From: an uncultured Spirochaetota bacterium
GTDB lineage: Bacteria > Spirochaetota > Spirochaetia > SZUA-6 > Fen-1364
Direction of reading: 5' to 3'
DNA: 64,000 bases
Assembly: GCA_963845325.1 (NCBI GenBank)
Contig: CAWJRT010000017.1
Span: 25,204-89,203, forward strand
Below are positions 1 to 11,245 of this stretch, one piece after another. The notes beneath the pieces were generated by a model. That model made no database searches. It was not told the origin of the DNA and worked only from the letters and a program-made list of their open reading frames with translations. Within the stretch, counting starts at the first letter, position 1. Each line of letters starts with the position of its first letter. Position numbers and translations under genes: made by a program.

Positions 1-3000
1 GTCCTTCAGGCTTACTGACGCAGATGCCTTCAGGTCCGGGCCCCCCTGCCCGCCCTGCGGACCCTGCCCAAGGATGTACGGCGTCGAGCTTCCCGCCGCC
101 GCGGTCCAGCCCAGCACGTCCGGCGTCGAAGGAGAGGTGCCAACACCGTATTCATACCCCACGATTCCCGAGTCCAGGTCAACGGCGGGAGACCAGGTAA
201 AGTCCAGCTCGGAGGTGGTTGACGTGAAGTTCTGCGGACTGGTCACGACTGAGGGCGGCACAGGAGGCTTGGCACCCGCGTATGCCACGGTGATCGTCTT
301 TGTTGTGGTGGACTCGACCCCGGCGCCGCTGGCCGCCTTCACCTGGAGGGTCACCTGCAAGCCCTTGGACAACGGAAGATTCACTATGGTGGCGGAGGTT
401 CCTTGCGCAACGGTCCAGGGCCACGCCTTCTGATCCTTGTCGGAAAAGCCCAGCGCGAACGAGTGCCCGCTGATGCCGCTCACGGTGTCGGTCCCGGGGG
501 TGAAGGTGAAGGACAATGAGTTGGCGTGGCCGTCCGCCGAGGTCTGCTGGAACGCGGTGATCTGCGGCGGGTTGGGGGGAAGCGCGTCCACGATGACCGG
601 ATCGGACCGGCCGATGCTCGCCCGGCCCACGCCGTTTGTCGCCATGACCCACACGACGTAGCTCTTTCCCTGCTCCAGGGAAAGACCACGGATGTTGGCC
701 TCTGTACGGCCCTGAGCGTCGACCCACTTGTGGGATGCGGCTTCCTGCGCGGAGACGAAGGGGCCGGACTGGAAGAACTGAGCCGTGGTGGTGGTTGCTG
801 ACGGTGAGACGAGGAGCTTGCTCACCAGCTTTCCACCGCCTGGCGCCGGGGGCGTGCCCTGGACCGCGCCCGTTCCCGCCTTCGCGGTCTGATCCGTGTA
901 CTCCTCTACCGCGTACTGGTAGCCCTGGATTCCGGAATACTGGTCATCCGCGCTCCACTTCGCGTACAGGGTCTCCTTGTTCGAAGTCGCGGCGCCGCTC
1001 AGCGTCACCACCGGCGTCGTGGGAGGAGTGTTGTCGCTCGTATCCATTCCGCTGGTCACCGGCACCTTCTGCCCCGGCGTTGCATAGCCGACCTTGAACC
1101 GTCCCTCGCGGATGATGGTCTTGCCCCCGGCGCCTCGGACCTTCACGAAGAGTGCGTAGGTTCCTGCGTCCTGGATCTGGGGAATGAACAGGAAGTTGAC
1201 ATCGTGGAGGTCTCCCACCGACAGCCACGGCGTGGTGCTGAGGATGATTGCCTTCAGCGCGGGGGACATGACCATGGAGGCGCCTCCCGCACCCCCCTTG
1301 CCCTGGTTCAGGACCTGAGAGATGGAGGCAGACTTGCCGCCGAGCTTGACGGACGGGGATACGCTGTACAGAGAAGACGATGATGACATGACTGAGACTT
1401 GCGCCTTTTTGGCCGAGGGATTCGAGAAGCCGGTGGGGAGAACGCTCGCGGCGCTGGTATGGAAGAAGCTCTTGTACAAGCTCTCGGCTCCCGTCCCAGT
1501 GTCCGTGGAGATCGGCTCGATCCTGTATTCGTATTCCACAACCCCTACGGGGTGAGTGGCGTTGAAGCTTGCATGCAGGAGAGATTCCAGCTCGCTGGAG
1601 CTGGATGCGCTGCCGTTCATCAGCGTCACCTGGGGGATCACCAGGTAGGGAGCGATCTCGGAGCGCTTCGTGGCAAAGTATGTCATCACGGGAACCCACG
1701 CTACGGGCGCGGTAATGGCGGAAGGGATGCTGGCAATGGACCTGTCCAGGACTCCCCTGGATGGCATCCCAGAAGGCACTTCCTTGAGCTGAATGCTTGT
1801 GGAGGAGAGGCTGAAGCCGGCGCCAATCTCGGGAAGCGGAACCAGCTCCATGGCATGAGGCGCCGGGATGGCCGGCCCGCTGTTCGGGTTCGGCGGCTTG
1901 ATCTGCTTCAGCGGCCTGTTCGGCCCGAACGTGGGGGAGCTGGGAGCGCTCATCACGCGGGGCAGCGGCACGGATTTCGAGCTCACCGCCTTGGACAGCG
2001 CGCTGGCCCGGAAGGACAGGCCAGCCGCGGCAATGCCCTTGAATCCCGCCGCATTGCCGTCCCCGGCAACGCCGATATTGCCGGACCCGTAGACCGCGAG
2101 CTGGTCGTAGATCTCATAGAGCAGGCCGTACAGGTCCGCCTTGCGCTGAAAGACCTGGTCGGTGAAGTCGGTCGTGTCCCCCCAGTTCTTGAGAAGAGTT
2201 GCGGAGGACTTGGAAAAGGACTTGATGAGGTCCGGCATGTTTTTTTGGGACGCGTCAATCGATGCGGCAAAGCCGGCATCCGGCATGTGGAACCACAGCT
2301 CGTATCCGGTCACGTCAAAAAGCGCCTTGGCCGCGACACTGGTGTCGGGGGCATAGGGGGAACCGGAGGGATCGCCTGCCTGCACGAGCTGGGTGATCAG
2401 GCTGATCCTGCTGGTGTTCCAGCTCGTCAGCGCGCTCGCACCTGCCGCCTGGGCCTTGGCGTCCAGAGCGTTCTGGACGTCGCCCTCCAACCCGTCAATG
2501 GTCTGCTTGCCGCTGGTGGCGTAGGCAATGCTCTGGCCCTGGAACTGCACGAAGTCGTCGGTGAACTTGCTGAGCTCCGAGTGGATCTGCCCGAACCTCT
2601 GGTTGAGCGCCGTCAGGTTGGAGTCCCCCTGGAAGAGGATCTCGTCCAGCTTCTGCAGCCGGGCGTCGATTCCACCGGCCGCCTCGATGAACGCCTCCTG
2701 GTACTGGGCAAAGCTTTCCCGCGCGGTGGAAAGCGTCGTCTTCTGCGTGTCCGCCTTGGCGGAATCCAGCACGAACCCCGCGGTCACCGTCTTTGTCTTT
2801 CCGCCCACGGTCACCGTCTTCTGCTGCATCCCCTGGAAGGGGTTGCCCAGCTTTCCCACGTCCTGGATGCTGGGGAGCTTCTCCACAAGGATGTCCTGGT
2901 AGTCCGAGAGGCGCTTGGACACGTCCTTGCGAAGAGTGTCCAGGTCAGTGAGCAGGCCGTCCAGATCGGACTTCGTCTTCAGGAGCTGGGCTCGGGCCTG

Positions 3001-6000
3001 CACAAGGGCTTTCGCCTGCGGCCCGAAGAGGACGCCGTGGATGGTGACGAATGGCTGGGGCAGCGAGCCCCACTTGCCGCTTTCGTATTGGTCGAACGCT
3101 GTGTCCACCGGGAGGTTGCCAAACACCGCTTTCTGCTGCTCTGTCAGGACCAGGCCTGCCAGCCCGGCCTGCTCGTCGGTGAGCTGGGCCAGCTGAAGCT
3201 TGGCCGCATCGAGGCTTGCATTCAGCGCATCCTTTGCGGCTGTAAGCTGGTTGGCCATGTCCTTGGCCTGCGCGATCAGGGAATCGTACTGGGAGTTCCT
3301 GCCCGTGCCCCCGTCCAGGCCGTCGCCGCTCACGCTGAACCAGAGGCTCCCGTCGAACACGGTGACCCCCAACACGTCGACGGACAGCGACCCGACGCTG
3401 TAGAGCAGGAAGCTGGGCGTGACTATGAGCGCCCCTTCGAGCCCGGCTTCAGCGGAGAACAGCCCTGCAAGGAAGCTGCCCTTCAGGTCCACCGAGGCAT
3501 ACGCGCCAAGCGTGCCCGTCGGCCCGTAGTACCAGAACATTCCGGTGCAGGAAACCGACCCGGACACGATCCCCAGGTCGATGCCGGCGCCGACGGTCGC
3601 GTTCACCATGAAGCCGGGCGTCCCCACGAACATCTCGCCTTGCGCGATATTGATGCCCAGCACCTTCACGTTCATGTTGCCGTCAATGCCCCAGACTCCC
3701 GGATAAAAGTAGAAGTCAAGGTCTCCCGTGCCGCTCACGAGTGCGTCGTCACTCGTCGGGTAGGACATCTCCGCGGTTATCTTCCCCTCCGCGTACGCGG
3801 GGTTCCAGGAAACGGCAAGGTACACCTTCCCGTCGGCAAGCCCGTCGACTATTTTCACTTCCGCGTCCAGGTTGAAGTAGCTGGAGGTGATGGTCATGAG
3901 CGCACGGCCGCTCACGAGGTCCTTCTCCGCCACGGCAAACCCGGCCACCACCATGAGTGCAAAGGACTGGCTGTTGCTCGCTCCGCCGGGCCTCCTGGCG
4001 GAGATGGCGTCACCCATGTCAGGGCGCTGGAAATTGGCGATCTTGCGCACAAGGGCGATGTCATCGTCCGCGGGATTGACGAAGAACCCGCCGCCCAGCT
4101 CGTCCAGGAAGACACCGGGTCCGATGGGTATCCCCGGGCCGAAGCTCTGCAAGAACGAAAAGGCCGAACGATGGTTTCCCGTTCAGGGTCCCGACTTTCC
4201 CCACGGCCTCCGCATTCACTCCAACGCTGGGCAGGCTGAGGGAGCCGGCGAACAGGAAGCTCAGCGGAGACGGCGAATACTCCATGTCGACCGTCACGTC
4301 CAGCGCGTCCGACACGGAGAGCTTGGCGTTGCGGACTACAAAGCCGGTGCCGCCCCCGTCCTTCTTCGTCAAGGTGTAGACAGTGAGCTCGTCGAACCCG
4401 CCGCTCATGATCGAGTCAGAGCCGGACCCCAGCGTGATGCTGGCTCCCTTCATGGAGAAGTAGCTGTCGACGCTGATGGTGTTCGACTGCTTGTTCGGGG
4501 TCATGTTCTCCCCCGAACCGGTGCTGGCATTCGTGTTGAGGGTGATCGTGGTGGGGCTGCTGCTCCATCCGATGGAGTCCACCTCGATGGAAACGGCATC
4601 CATGACAGACAGCTTGCCGCCGCCCCCGGCGGCCACGGCCGCCGCGATGTCCGAGATGGTCCCGTCCAGGCCGATCTTGAGGTTGTCGAAGCTGATTCCC
4701 CCCGAGATCCCGTCCAGGTCCACGGCGATGGACCCGGTGATGACCAGGGCAAAGGGGTTCGGATTGATCGAAACCTTGTCAAAGGCAAGCTGGACTGGCC
4801 CGAAGGCCAGGCGCTCGTCCTTGAGCACTTCGATGTTGCCGGGCGTCGGCCAGGTGACATTGCCCGAGAAGTCGAAAACGATCCCGTTCTGGAGCTTCCC
4901 GCTTTTATCCAGGTCTCCAAAGCTGATGCGCCGGTTGTCGTCGCTGGGGCTGCCCCCGCCCTTGGTGGAAAGCTTGAGGTACAGGTCGACGGCCAGCGAA
5001 ACCTCGCTGTGATCCAGGTCGAGTGTGCCCCCCGTCATCGACAGGTCGAGGGAGAGGTATGTGAGGTTCAGCGTTGCCAGCCCCAGGTCCCACGCGGTGG
5101 GATCGGACTTGTCCGGGAGGGTGTGTCCCGTGCCTCCTGCTTTCAGCTTGTTGATTGCGGCAACGCTCAGGGAGCCGTTGCCGCCGGTGTCGATGCTGAA
5201 TGACACCGGGGAGGTCCCCGGTCTTGTCCAGCGGGGCCGGGCAGGTTCTTCAGCGTCCCGGAAAGCTTCATGCCGAGCTTGTTGGAGGACTCGCTGATCC
5301 CGATGGTGTCGAAGAGGAGGCTTTTTGGAATCAGCTCGAAGGGCTGGGAGAGCTTGATGTTCCCGTCCAGGCTCCCGTCGGTATAGAAGCGCAGGTCGGT
5401 ATTGCTGAAGCTGACGAGGTCCTTCGGCGTCGTGCTGGTGCCCTGCTTCTCCTCCATGCTGATGCCGCCCGAGATGCCGATGTAGTACTTGGTGCCGTCC
5501 TTCGTCTTTCCGAAGGCGATGGCCTTCTTGTCGTCCGTACTTCCCCCATCGATATCATGGACGGAGAAGGTCATCCCGAAGAGGGTGAAGGAAAGCGCGT
5601 GTGACGTATCCAGGGAAAGGACGACATTGGAGATCCCCGTCGAATCGAGGACCATGTCCTTGGCCGTGAATAGCTCCTGGGCGGCGGCGGGGAGCGTGAT
5701 CGATGCGTCCACGCTGAGGTGGCTCGCCGACTTGCCGAAATCGAACGAGATCTTCTTTATCTTGAGATAGCCCCCGGCAAAGTCCGTGAGCGACGAATCG
5801 CCGCTGGCATCGATCTCCGCCGAGCCGCCCATGATCTGCGGGGGGCTCAGGTTGTCGAACATGCGCACGACGATACTGGTGACCGTGAGGCCGGGAAGGT
5901 TGAGGCTGCCCAGGCTGGGCAGAGTCAGCGTAGCGCTGCCGGTCCAGGTGTAGTCGGTGTACCCCGCGCCGGAGACCGCGGTTGCTTTGCCGGTGAGTCC

Positions 6001-7477
6001 CGTGAGCTGCGCCACATCCTTGACAAGGTCCAGCGACGACGGCGGGAACGATGGCGCGGTGGAGCTCACCGAGTAGGCGGTTTTCGCGGAGAGGCTGGCG
6101 GGCGAGGAGAGGTCCACCTCGACGGTGTGGCTGCCTACTCCCGAGGTCGGGATGTTCCCCAGGACGTCGAAGACGGAGTTCCCCGAAATCGAAACGGAAA
6201 ATGCCGGGGTGCCGGACCACGACGTGGAGCCGTCGACGAGCACCTGCCCGATCACGGTCCCGCTGCCCGTAGCGGTGATGTGCACGCGGGCATTTTTCAC
6301 CGTGTCCCCGAGATTGTAGGGCGATGCGGGCAGCTCCACGGATACAGCGGTCACGGTGAGGGTGGAAGGGGGGGCACTGGCCACGTTTACGGGAACAGCG
6401 ACGGAACCTAGCACGTCGTTGCCGCCGCCGTCCTTGCCCCTGACGGTGAGAATGAGATCGAAGCTCCCGCTGGACCCGCCGTTCAGCGCCTTGCTGCGCT
6501 GGAGCACGGAAAGCAGGACCGAGCGCGCGGTGGTCTGGTCAGTTCCGCTGGACAGGCTCATGGGCAGGCTTTCCCACCCGCCGTCCTCCTCCGGCCACGC
6601 TGAGTACGTCCGGCTCTCGCGGATGTCCGTGACGTTTACCGAGCCTCCCCGTGCGCCGATATCAAGCGAGAGCGGCAACAGGCCGTCCGACCCGCTGAAG
6701 CTCAGGCTCGATGGGGACGCGGTGAGCGACAGCGAGGCGCCCAGGACGTTGATTGCCACGCTGGTCGTGGCAGTACCAGTGAGCCCTGCCGCATCCGTGG
6801 CAGTCACCTGGAAGACATACGTCGAGCCGTTGTTGCCCGTGAAGCTCGCGGAGGCAAGATTCGTCTTGGAGAGCCAGGGGTGGAGAGGACCGCCGTTGAT
6901 GCGGTACGCCACGTCGTAGTGGTCGATGGGAACGGCGAACGTGGATGACCAGGAAACCGTGAAGGTCGCCTTCGTGCTGACCGGGCCGCTCGGAGAGGTG
7001 AATACGACGGTTGGCCCAGAGTCGGCGATGAAGGGTCTGGAGTGCGTCGGAGGCGAAGAAAGTCCCGTTTGCGCGTTGACCGCGGTGACCCAGAAATAGT
7101 AAGTGTTGCCGTTCGTGAAGCCCGGAGAAATGGCGAGCGTCACGGAGGTCGCAGGCGCAGGGGCACCCGGTGTCGAGCCGATAGCCACAATGCCAGCGGC
7201 TTCATCCGTGGGGCTTTGATTCAACACGTACGAATACGAGTTCCCCGAATGTAAGGCCATAGAAATTCGATGCCCCCCAGTTCGCCTGAAATTGTGTGGG
7301 ATTGGTCCAATAAGCCTGGTTCGCGCCTGGCCCGATGTTGATAAACGAAGGAACGGTCGGAGTCTGCGCCATGGCGGGCGCGGCAACCACGACCAGGAAT
7401 GCCAGGAAAGGCAAGAGCCGCGAGAGCGGAGCGTTCGGCGTTCGGCGTTTGTCGCCAAACGCCTTGCCAGTATTCAT
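1..7477 (-). CDS. Giant secreted multidomain protein (signal peptide, FN3/Ig-like domains, long beta-rich core, helical region, C-terminal FN3-like repeats); frameshifted, 3' end outside window
   Basis: ATG at 7477 (MNTGK...LLPFLAFLVVVAAPAMA-Q signal peptide). Continues through the frames of ORFs 5167..7458 and 4061..5206, then an open frame from ~4143 to position 1 (GIPIGPGVFLDELGGGFFVN...DNTPPTTPVV...SGIVGYEYGVGT). Frame breaks at ~7245, ~5235, ~5210 and ~4143, mostly in G/C runs. Confidence 0.8.
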
Positions 7478-7535
7478 TGCGCTAGAATACGGACACTCGG
7501 GAAACAAGGAAAGATATTTCAGATTGTGAAGAAGG

Positions 7536-9038
7536 CTACTTCCCCGACTCGATCTGCACGGCCCGCGCCGAATGAACCGCGGCATCCTCCGCGAGGCCGA
7601 GAGAGCTCTCCAAGCCTGCCAGCTCCCGAAAGAGAAGAGCGTTCCGCGTGTCGCGGTAGCTGCGATCAAGCAGGACCTGGTGCAGCTCCTCCTCCCTTCC
7701 CGCATACAACCGCCTGAGGGCCGCGTAGAGGTCGGCAGACCGCGGGCTCGCTTCAAGTGCCCTGCGGTAGGCCATGATCGCCTGCTCAGGCTGGCCCAGC
7801 TTCTCCATCGCCAGCCCCGCCCCCTCCTGCGCTTCGGCATCAAGCGCGTGGTCGCGAAGGATCCACTCCCAGGCCGCAAGGCTGTCGTTCCACTTCTCTT
7901 TCTCCCGGTACAACCTTCCGAGCGCGGCAGAAAGGTCCACGCTTCCGGGGTACCACGAATGGAACCTCGCCAGGTCTTCCTCGAAGAGGGGATCACCGTC
8001 GATCTCCCGCAACAAGGCAAGAGATGACGCAAGCGTCGCCCTGACCTCTTCCACCCTGGTTGTGAGAAGTTTCGCTCCCTTCAGGTCTTCAGCCTTCCGG
8101 GCCTTGCCGAGGGCCTGGGATGCCTGGACCTGGAACGTTGCGATGAGCTGCACTGATTTCCCGATGGCATCATGGAGAATGTATCGGTCACGCTGGGCAG
8201 AGCCGACCCTCAGGTACGGAAGGGGGTCCTGGCTGCCTCTCTCGATTGCCCGGTCGTATTCCTCCAATGCGCCCGTCTGGTTGCCCTGCATTTCAAGCAG
8301 CCGCCCCTTCATCGCGTGCACCTCGGGGTCCCCGGGTTCCAGGGCAATGAGCCGGTCCAGGATCGGCAGCATTGCAACGGGATCCCCCTGGCGGTTCCTG
8401 CAGAGGAACAGGAGCTTGAGCAGCTCCACGTCGTTGGGCGATGCGGCGAGGGCCTGCTCGAGATACCCTGCCGCGGCACCGGGATCCCCTTTTTCCAGCT
8501 CGAGAATGCCCATGTTCCGCAGGGCAGGCACCGAGCCCGGGTCGAGCTTCAGCGCCTCCTGGAAATATCTCCGCGCCTCCTCCGCCCTGCCCTGGCCAAA
8601 GAGCTCGATCCCGGCGTTGGCCAGTGATGCCACCATGCCCTTGACGGCGTTCGTTTCCTGCGGGTCGAGCCGGTGCGCCTCCCGAAAGAGCGAAAGCGCA
8701 TCTTCATAGCGCTTGCGCGCGAAGGCCAGGTTCGCCCTCGCGTCCAGGAGCGGCACGCTCGAGGGCGTCATGAGGGCTGCGGCGTCCAGGACCGCGGCCG
8801 CCTTCTCCAACTCCTTGAGCTCGGTGTAGCAGATCCCCAGGAGGATGAGATCCGCGGGTGGCGCTTCCCCGCTGCGCTGGATTCTTTCGAGGACCAAGGC
8901 GGCTTCCGCGTACTTGTGCTGGTCAAAAAGCACCCGCGCCTGGGCCGCATCGCCTGCAAGGGACTGCGCGGCCAGGATGGAGAGGGGGAGCAGGAACAGG
9001 AACGCCGCGGCGGCGGGCTTCACCGGCTTAAAATACAC
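7536..9038 (-). CDS. Secreted tetratricopeptide-repeat protein
   Basis: Hydrophobic N-terminus (AAAAFLFLLPLSILAAQ) followed by many TPR motifs (e.g. EEARRYFQEALKLDPGSVPALRNMG). True start may be the in-frame GTG at 9023. Confidence 0.85.
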   Translation of the reverse strand: MYFKPVKPAAAAFLFLLPLSILAAQSLAGDAAQARVLFDQHKYAEAALVLERIQRSGEAPPADLILLGICYTELKELEKAAAVLDAAALMTPSSVPLLDARANLAFARKRYEDALSLFREAHRLDPQETNAVKGMVASLANAGIELFGQGRAEEARRYFQEALKLDPGSVPALRNMGILELEKGDPGAAAGYLEQALAASPNDVELLKLLFLCRNRQGDPVAMLPILDRLIALEPGDPEVHAMKGRLLEMQGNQTGALEEYDRAIERGSQDPLPYLRVGSAQRDRYILHDAIGKSVQLIATFQVQASQALGKARKAEDLKGAKLLTTRVEEVRATLASSLALLREIDGDPLFEEDLARFHSWYPGSVDLSAALGRLYREKEKWNDSLAAWEWILRDHALDAEAQEGAGLAMEKLGQPEQAIMAYRRALEASPRSADLYAALRRLYAGREEELHQVLLDRSYRDTRNALLFRELAGLESSLGLAEDAAVHSARAVQIESGK

Positions 9039-9134
9039 GCACCGGGGCGGGGCAGCAAGCTCGGACCCGGCAGGGGTGGTTCGTCCAGGTCACGGTATTT
9101 GTCGATGGCATTTGTCTATGGTAGGTTTCCCAAC

Positions 9135-10178
9135 GTGCTCGTGTACTTTGCCAAGCGGCTGCTCCTCATTGTTCCCACGTTTCTCGGCATCACCATGGTG
9201 CTCTTCCTGATCACGCGCATAGTTCCGGGCGGTCCCGTGGAAGAGGCAATCAATGCTCATGTCTTCAACGCGGGCCGCGGGGGAGAAACGGGCGGCCGCT
9301 CACAGGAAAACAGGCAAAGTGCGCAGAACCTGAGCAATGAGCAGCTTGCGGGCCTGAAGGTGTTCTACGGGCTGGACAAGCCGCTTGTGCCGGCCTACCT
9401 GGCGTGGCTGGGCAAGGTTGCCAGGCTCGACTTCGGAAAATCCACGAAATACGGGGATCCCGTGCTGCCCACCATCATGGAGAGGGTCCCCGTCTCCCTG
9501 TACTTCGGGCTCATCTCCCTGGTCCTGGCGTACCTGGTGTCCATCCCTCTGGGGATTGCAAAGGCGCTGCGGCACAAAAGGCTTTTCGACAACATGAGCT
9601 CGACGGTGGTCTTCATCGGATACGCCCTGCCCGGGTACGTCGTCGGGATTCTCCTTCTGTCCCTCTTCGCGTTCCGTCTCAACTGGCTGCCGCTCGGAGG
9701 AATGCAGTCACCGTTCTTCGACAGCCTCGGCCTCGGGGACAGGATCCTCGACCGGCTCGGCCACCTGGTCCTGCCGATCGTGTCATACGTCATCGGGGAC
9801 TTTGCCATGCTCACGATGATGACCAAGAACAATCTCATGGAGCAGATGGCGGCGGACTACGTCCGCACGGCCGTGGCCAAGGGCCTGGCTTTCCGGTCGG
9901 CCATGTGGCGCCACGCCCTGCGCAACAGCCTGATCCCCATTGTCTCGGGGTTCGGCGGCATCGTCACCGTGTTCCTGGCGGGATCCTTCCTGATCGAGAA
10001 CATCTTCAACATCCGGGGCATGGGCATGCTGGGCTACACGGCGCTGCTGGATCACGACTATCCCGTGGTGCTGGGGGTCGTTGCCATCAGCTCGTTCGCC
10101 TCGCTCGTGGGCAATATCCTGGGAGACTTTTTCGTGGCACTCGTGGACCCCCGTGTGCGGTTCGGGGCGCGCGCATGA
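9135..10178 (+). CDS. Peptide ABC transporter permease, YejB/OppB-like
   Basis: GTG 9135, LVYFAKRLLLIVPTFLGIT...PGGPVE; EAA-type loop DYVRTAVAKGL...HALRNS; ends VDPRVRF. Confidence 0.9.
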   Translation: MLVYFAKRLLLIVPTFLGITMVLFLITRIVPGGPVEEAINAHVFNAGRGGETGGRSQENRQSAQNLSNEQLAGLKVFYGLDKPLVPAYLAWLGKVARLDFGKSTKYGDPVLPTIMERVPVSLYFGLISLVLAYLVSIPLGIAKALRHKRLFDNMSSTVVFIGYALPGYVVGILLLSLFAFRLNWLPLGGMQSPFFDSLGLGDRILDRLGHLVLPIVSYVIGDFAMLTMMTKNNLMEQMAADYVRTAVAKGLAFRSAMWRHALRNSLIPIVSGFGGIVTVFLAGSFLIENIFNIRGMGMLGYTALLDHDYPVVLGVVAISSFASLVGNILGDFFVALVDPRVRFGARA

Positions 10179-11224
10179 GTTTTCGGCTGGACCCGCTGAC
10201 CCGCGAGAGATTCCGCCGGTTTCGCTCAATACGGCGCGCCTGGGCATCATTGTGGATCCTGATCGTCCTCGTGGCACTTTCCCTCGTCGCGGAGATCCTC
10301 GTCAACTCGCGCCCCATCGCGGTCTGGTACCAGGGCAGGCTGTCCCTGCCCACCTACGGCCGGGTCCGGTTCGGAGACGAGTTCGGCCTGGGCTATCACT
10401 ACGAGGCAAACTACCGCGAGCTTGCACAGAAGCTCGCCCGGGAAGGCACCGGATGGGTCCTGATGCCCCCGGTGCCGTACAATCCGCTCGAACAGGAGTT
10501 CCGTGACGGATCGTATCCGCCTTACCCGCCCTCGGCCTCGCTGCGGCATTTCCTGGGAACGGACAGGATCGGGCGGGACGTTTTGGCGCGCCTCCTGTAC
10601 GGCTTCAGGATCTCCATCCTCTTCTCCCTTGCTTTCGTGCTGGTGACGTTCGTCGTCGGGACGCTCGTGGGAATCCTCATGGGATACGTGGGCGGCAGGT
10701 TCGACCTCGTGGTCCAGCGGCTCATCGAGATCTGGGAGCAGATCCCCTTCCTGTACGTTGTCATGCTCGTGGTGTCGATATTCCAGCCGGAGTTCTTCCT
10801 GTTCCTGGCGATCTTCATCATCTTCGGGTGGACCTCCCGGACGTGGGGCGTGCGCGCCCTGACATACCGCGAGCGCGAGCGGGATTACGTGCTTGCCGCC
10901 CGCACGATGGGCGCCGGCACGTGGCGCATCATCAGCGTGCACATCCTTCCCAATGTCCTTGTCGTCGTGCTGACAAGCCTGCCCTTCGCAGTGGAAGGAG
11001 GGATCAGCTCGCTGACCGCGCTCGACTATCTCGGGTTCGGCCTGCGACCGCCGACTCCCAGCTGGGGAGAGCTCATCAGCCAGGGAATCTCCGCCTACCA
11101 GGCGGCCCCCTGGATCATCGCGTCGGTGGTTTCAGCGCTGACCTTCGTGCTGGTGCTCGTTGCCTTCGTCGGGGAAGGGCTCCGCGATGCCTTCGATCCC
11201 AGACGCTACACGGTTTATCAGTAG
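10175..11224 (+). CDS. Peptide ABC transporter permease, YejE/OppC-like
   Basis: ATGA overlap with upstream gene; RFRRFRSIRRAW, HFLGTDRIGRDVLARLLYGFRIS, GEGLRDAFDPR. Confidence 0.9.
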   Translation: MSFRLDPLTRERFRRFRSIRRAWASLWILIVLVALSLVAEILVNSRPIAVWYQGRLSLPTYGRVRFGDEFGLGYHYEANYRELAQKLAREGTGWVLMPPVPYNPLEQEFRDGSYPPYPPSASLRHFLGTDRIGRDVLARLLYGFRISILFSLAFVLVTFVVGTLVGILMGYVGGRFDLVVQRLIEIWEQIPFLYVVMLVVSIFQPEFFLFLAIFIIFGWTSRTWGVRALTYRERERDYVLAARTMGAGTWRIISVHILPNVLVVVLTSLPFAVEGGISSLTALDYLGFGLRPPTPSWGELISQGISAYQAAPWIIASVVSALTFVLVLVAFVGEGLRDAFDPRRYTVYQ

Positions 11225-11245
11225 ATTATCAGTGGGAGGACAGGG

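Noticed and set aside
1399-4239. 946-aa plus-strand ORF and similar long ORFs (3887..5203, 22535..24256, 24654..25781, 61662..63293)
   Set aside because: Antisense shadows of real GC-rich genes on the opposite strand; no recognisable motifs.
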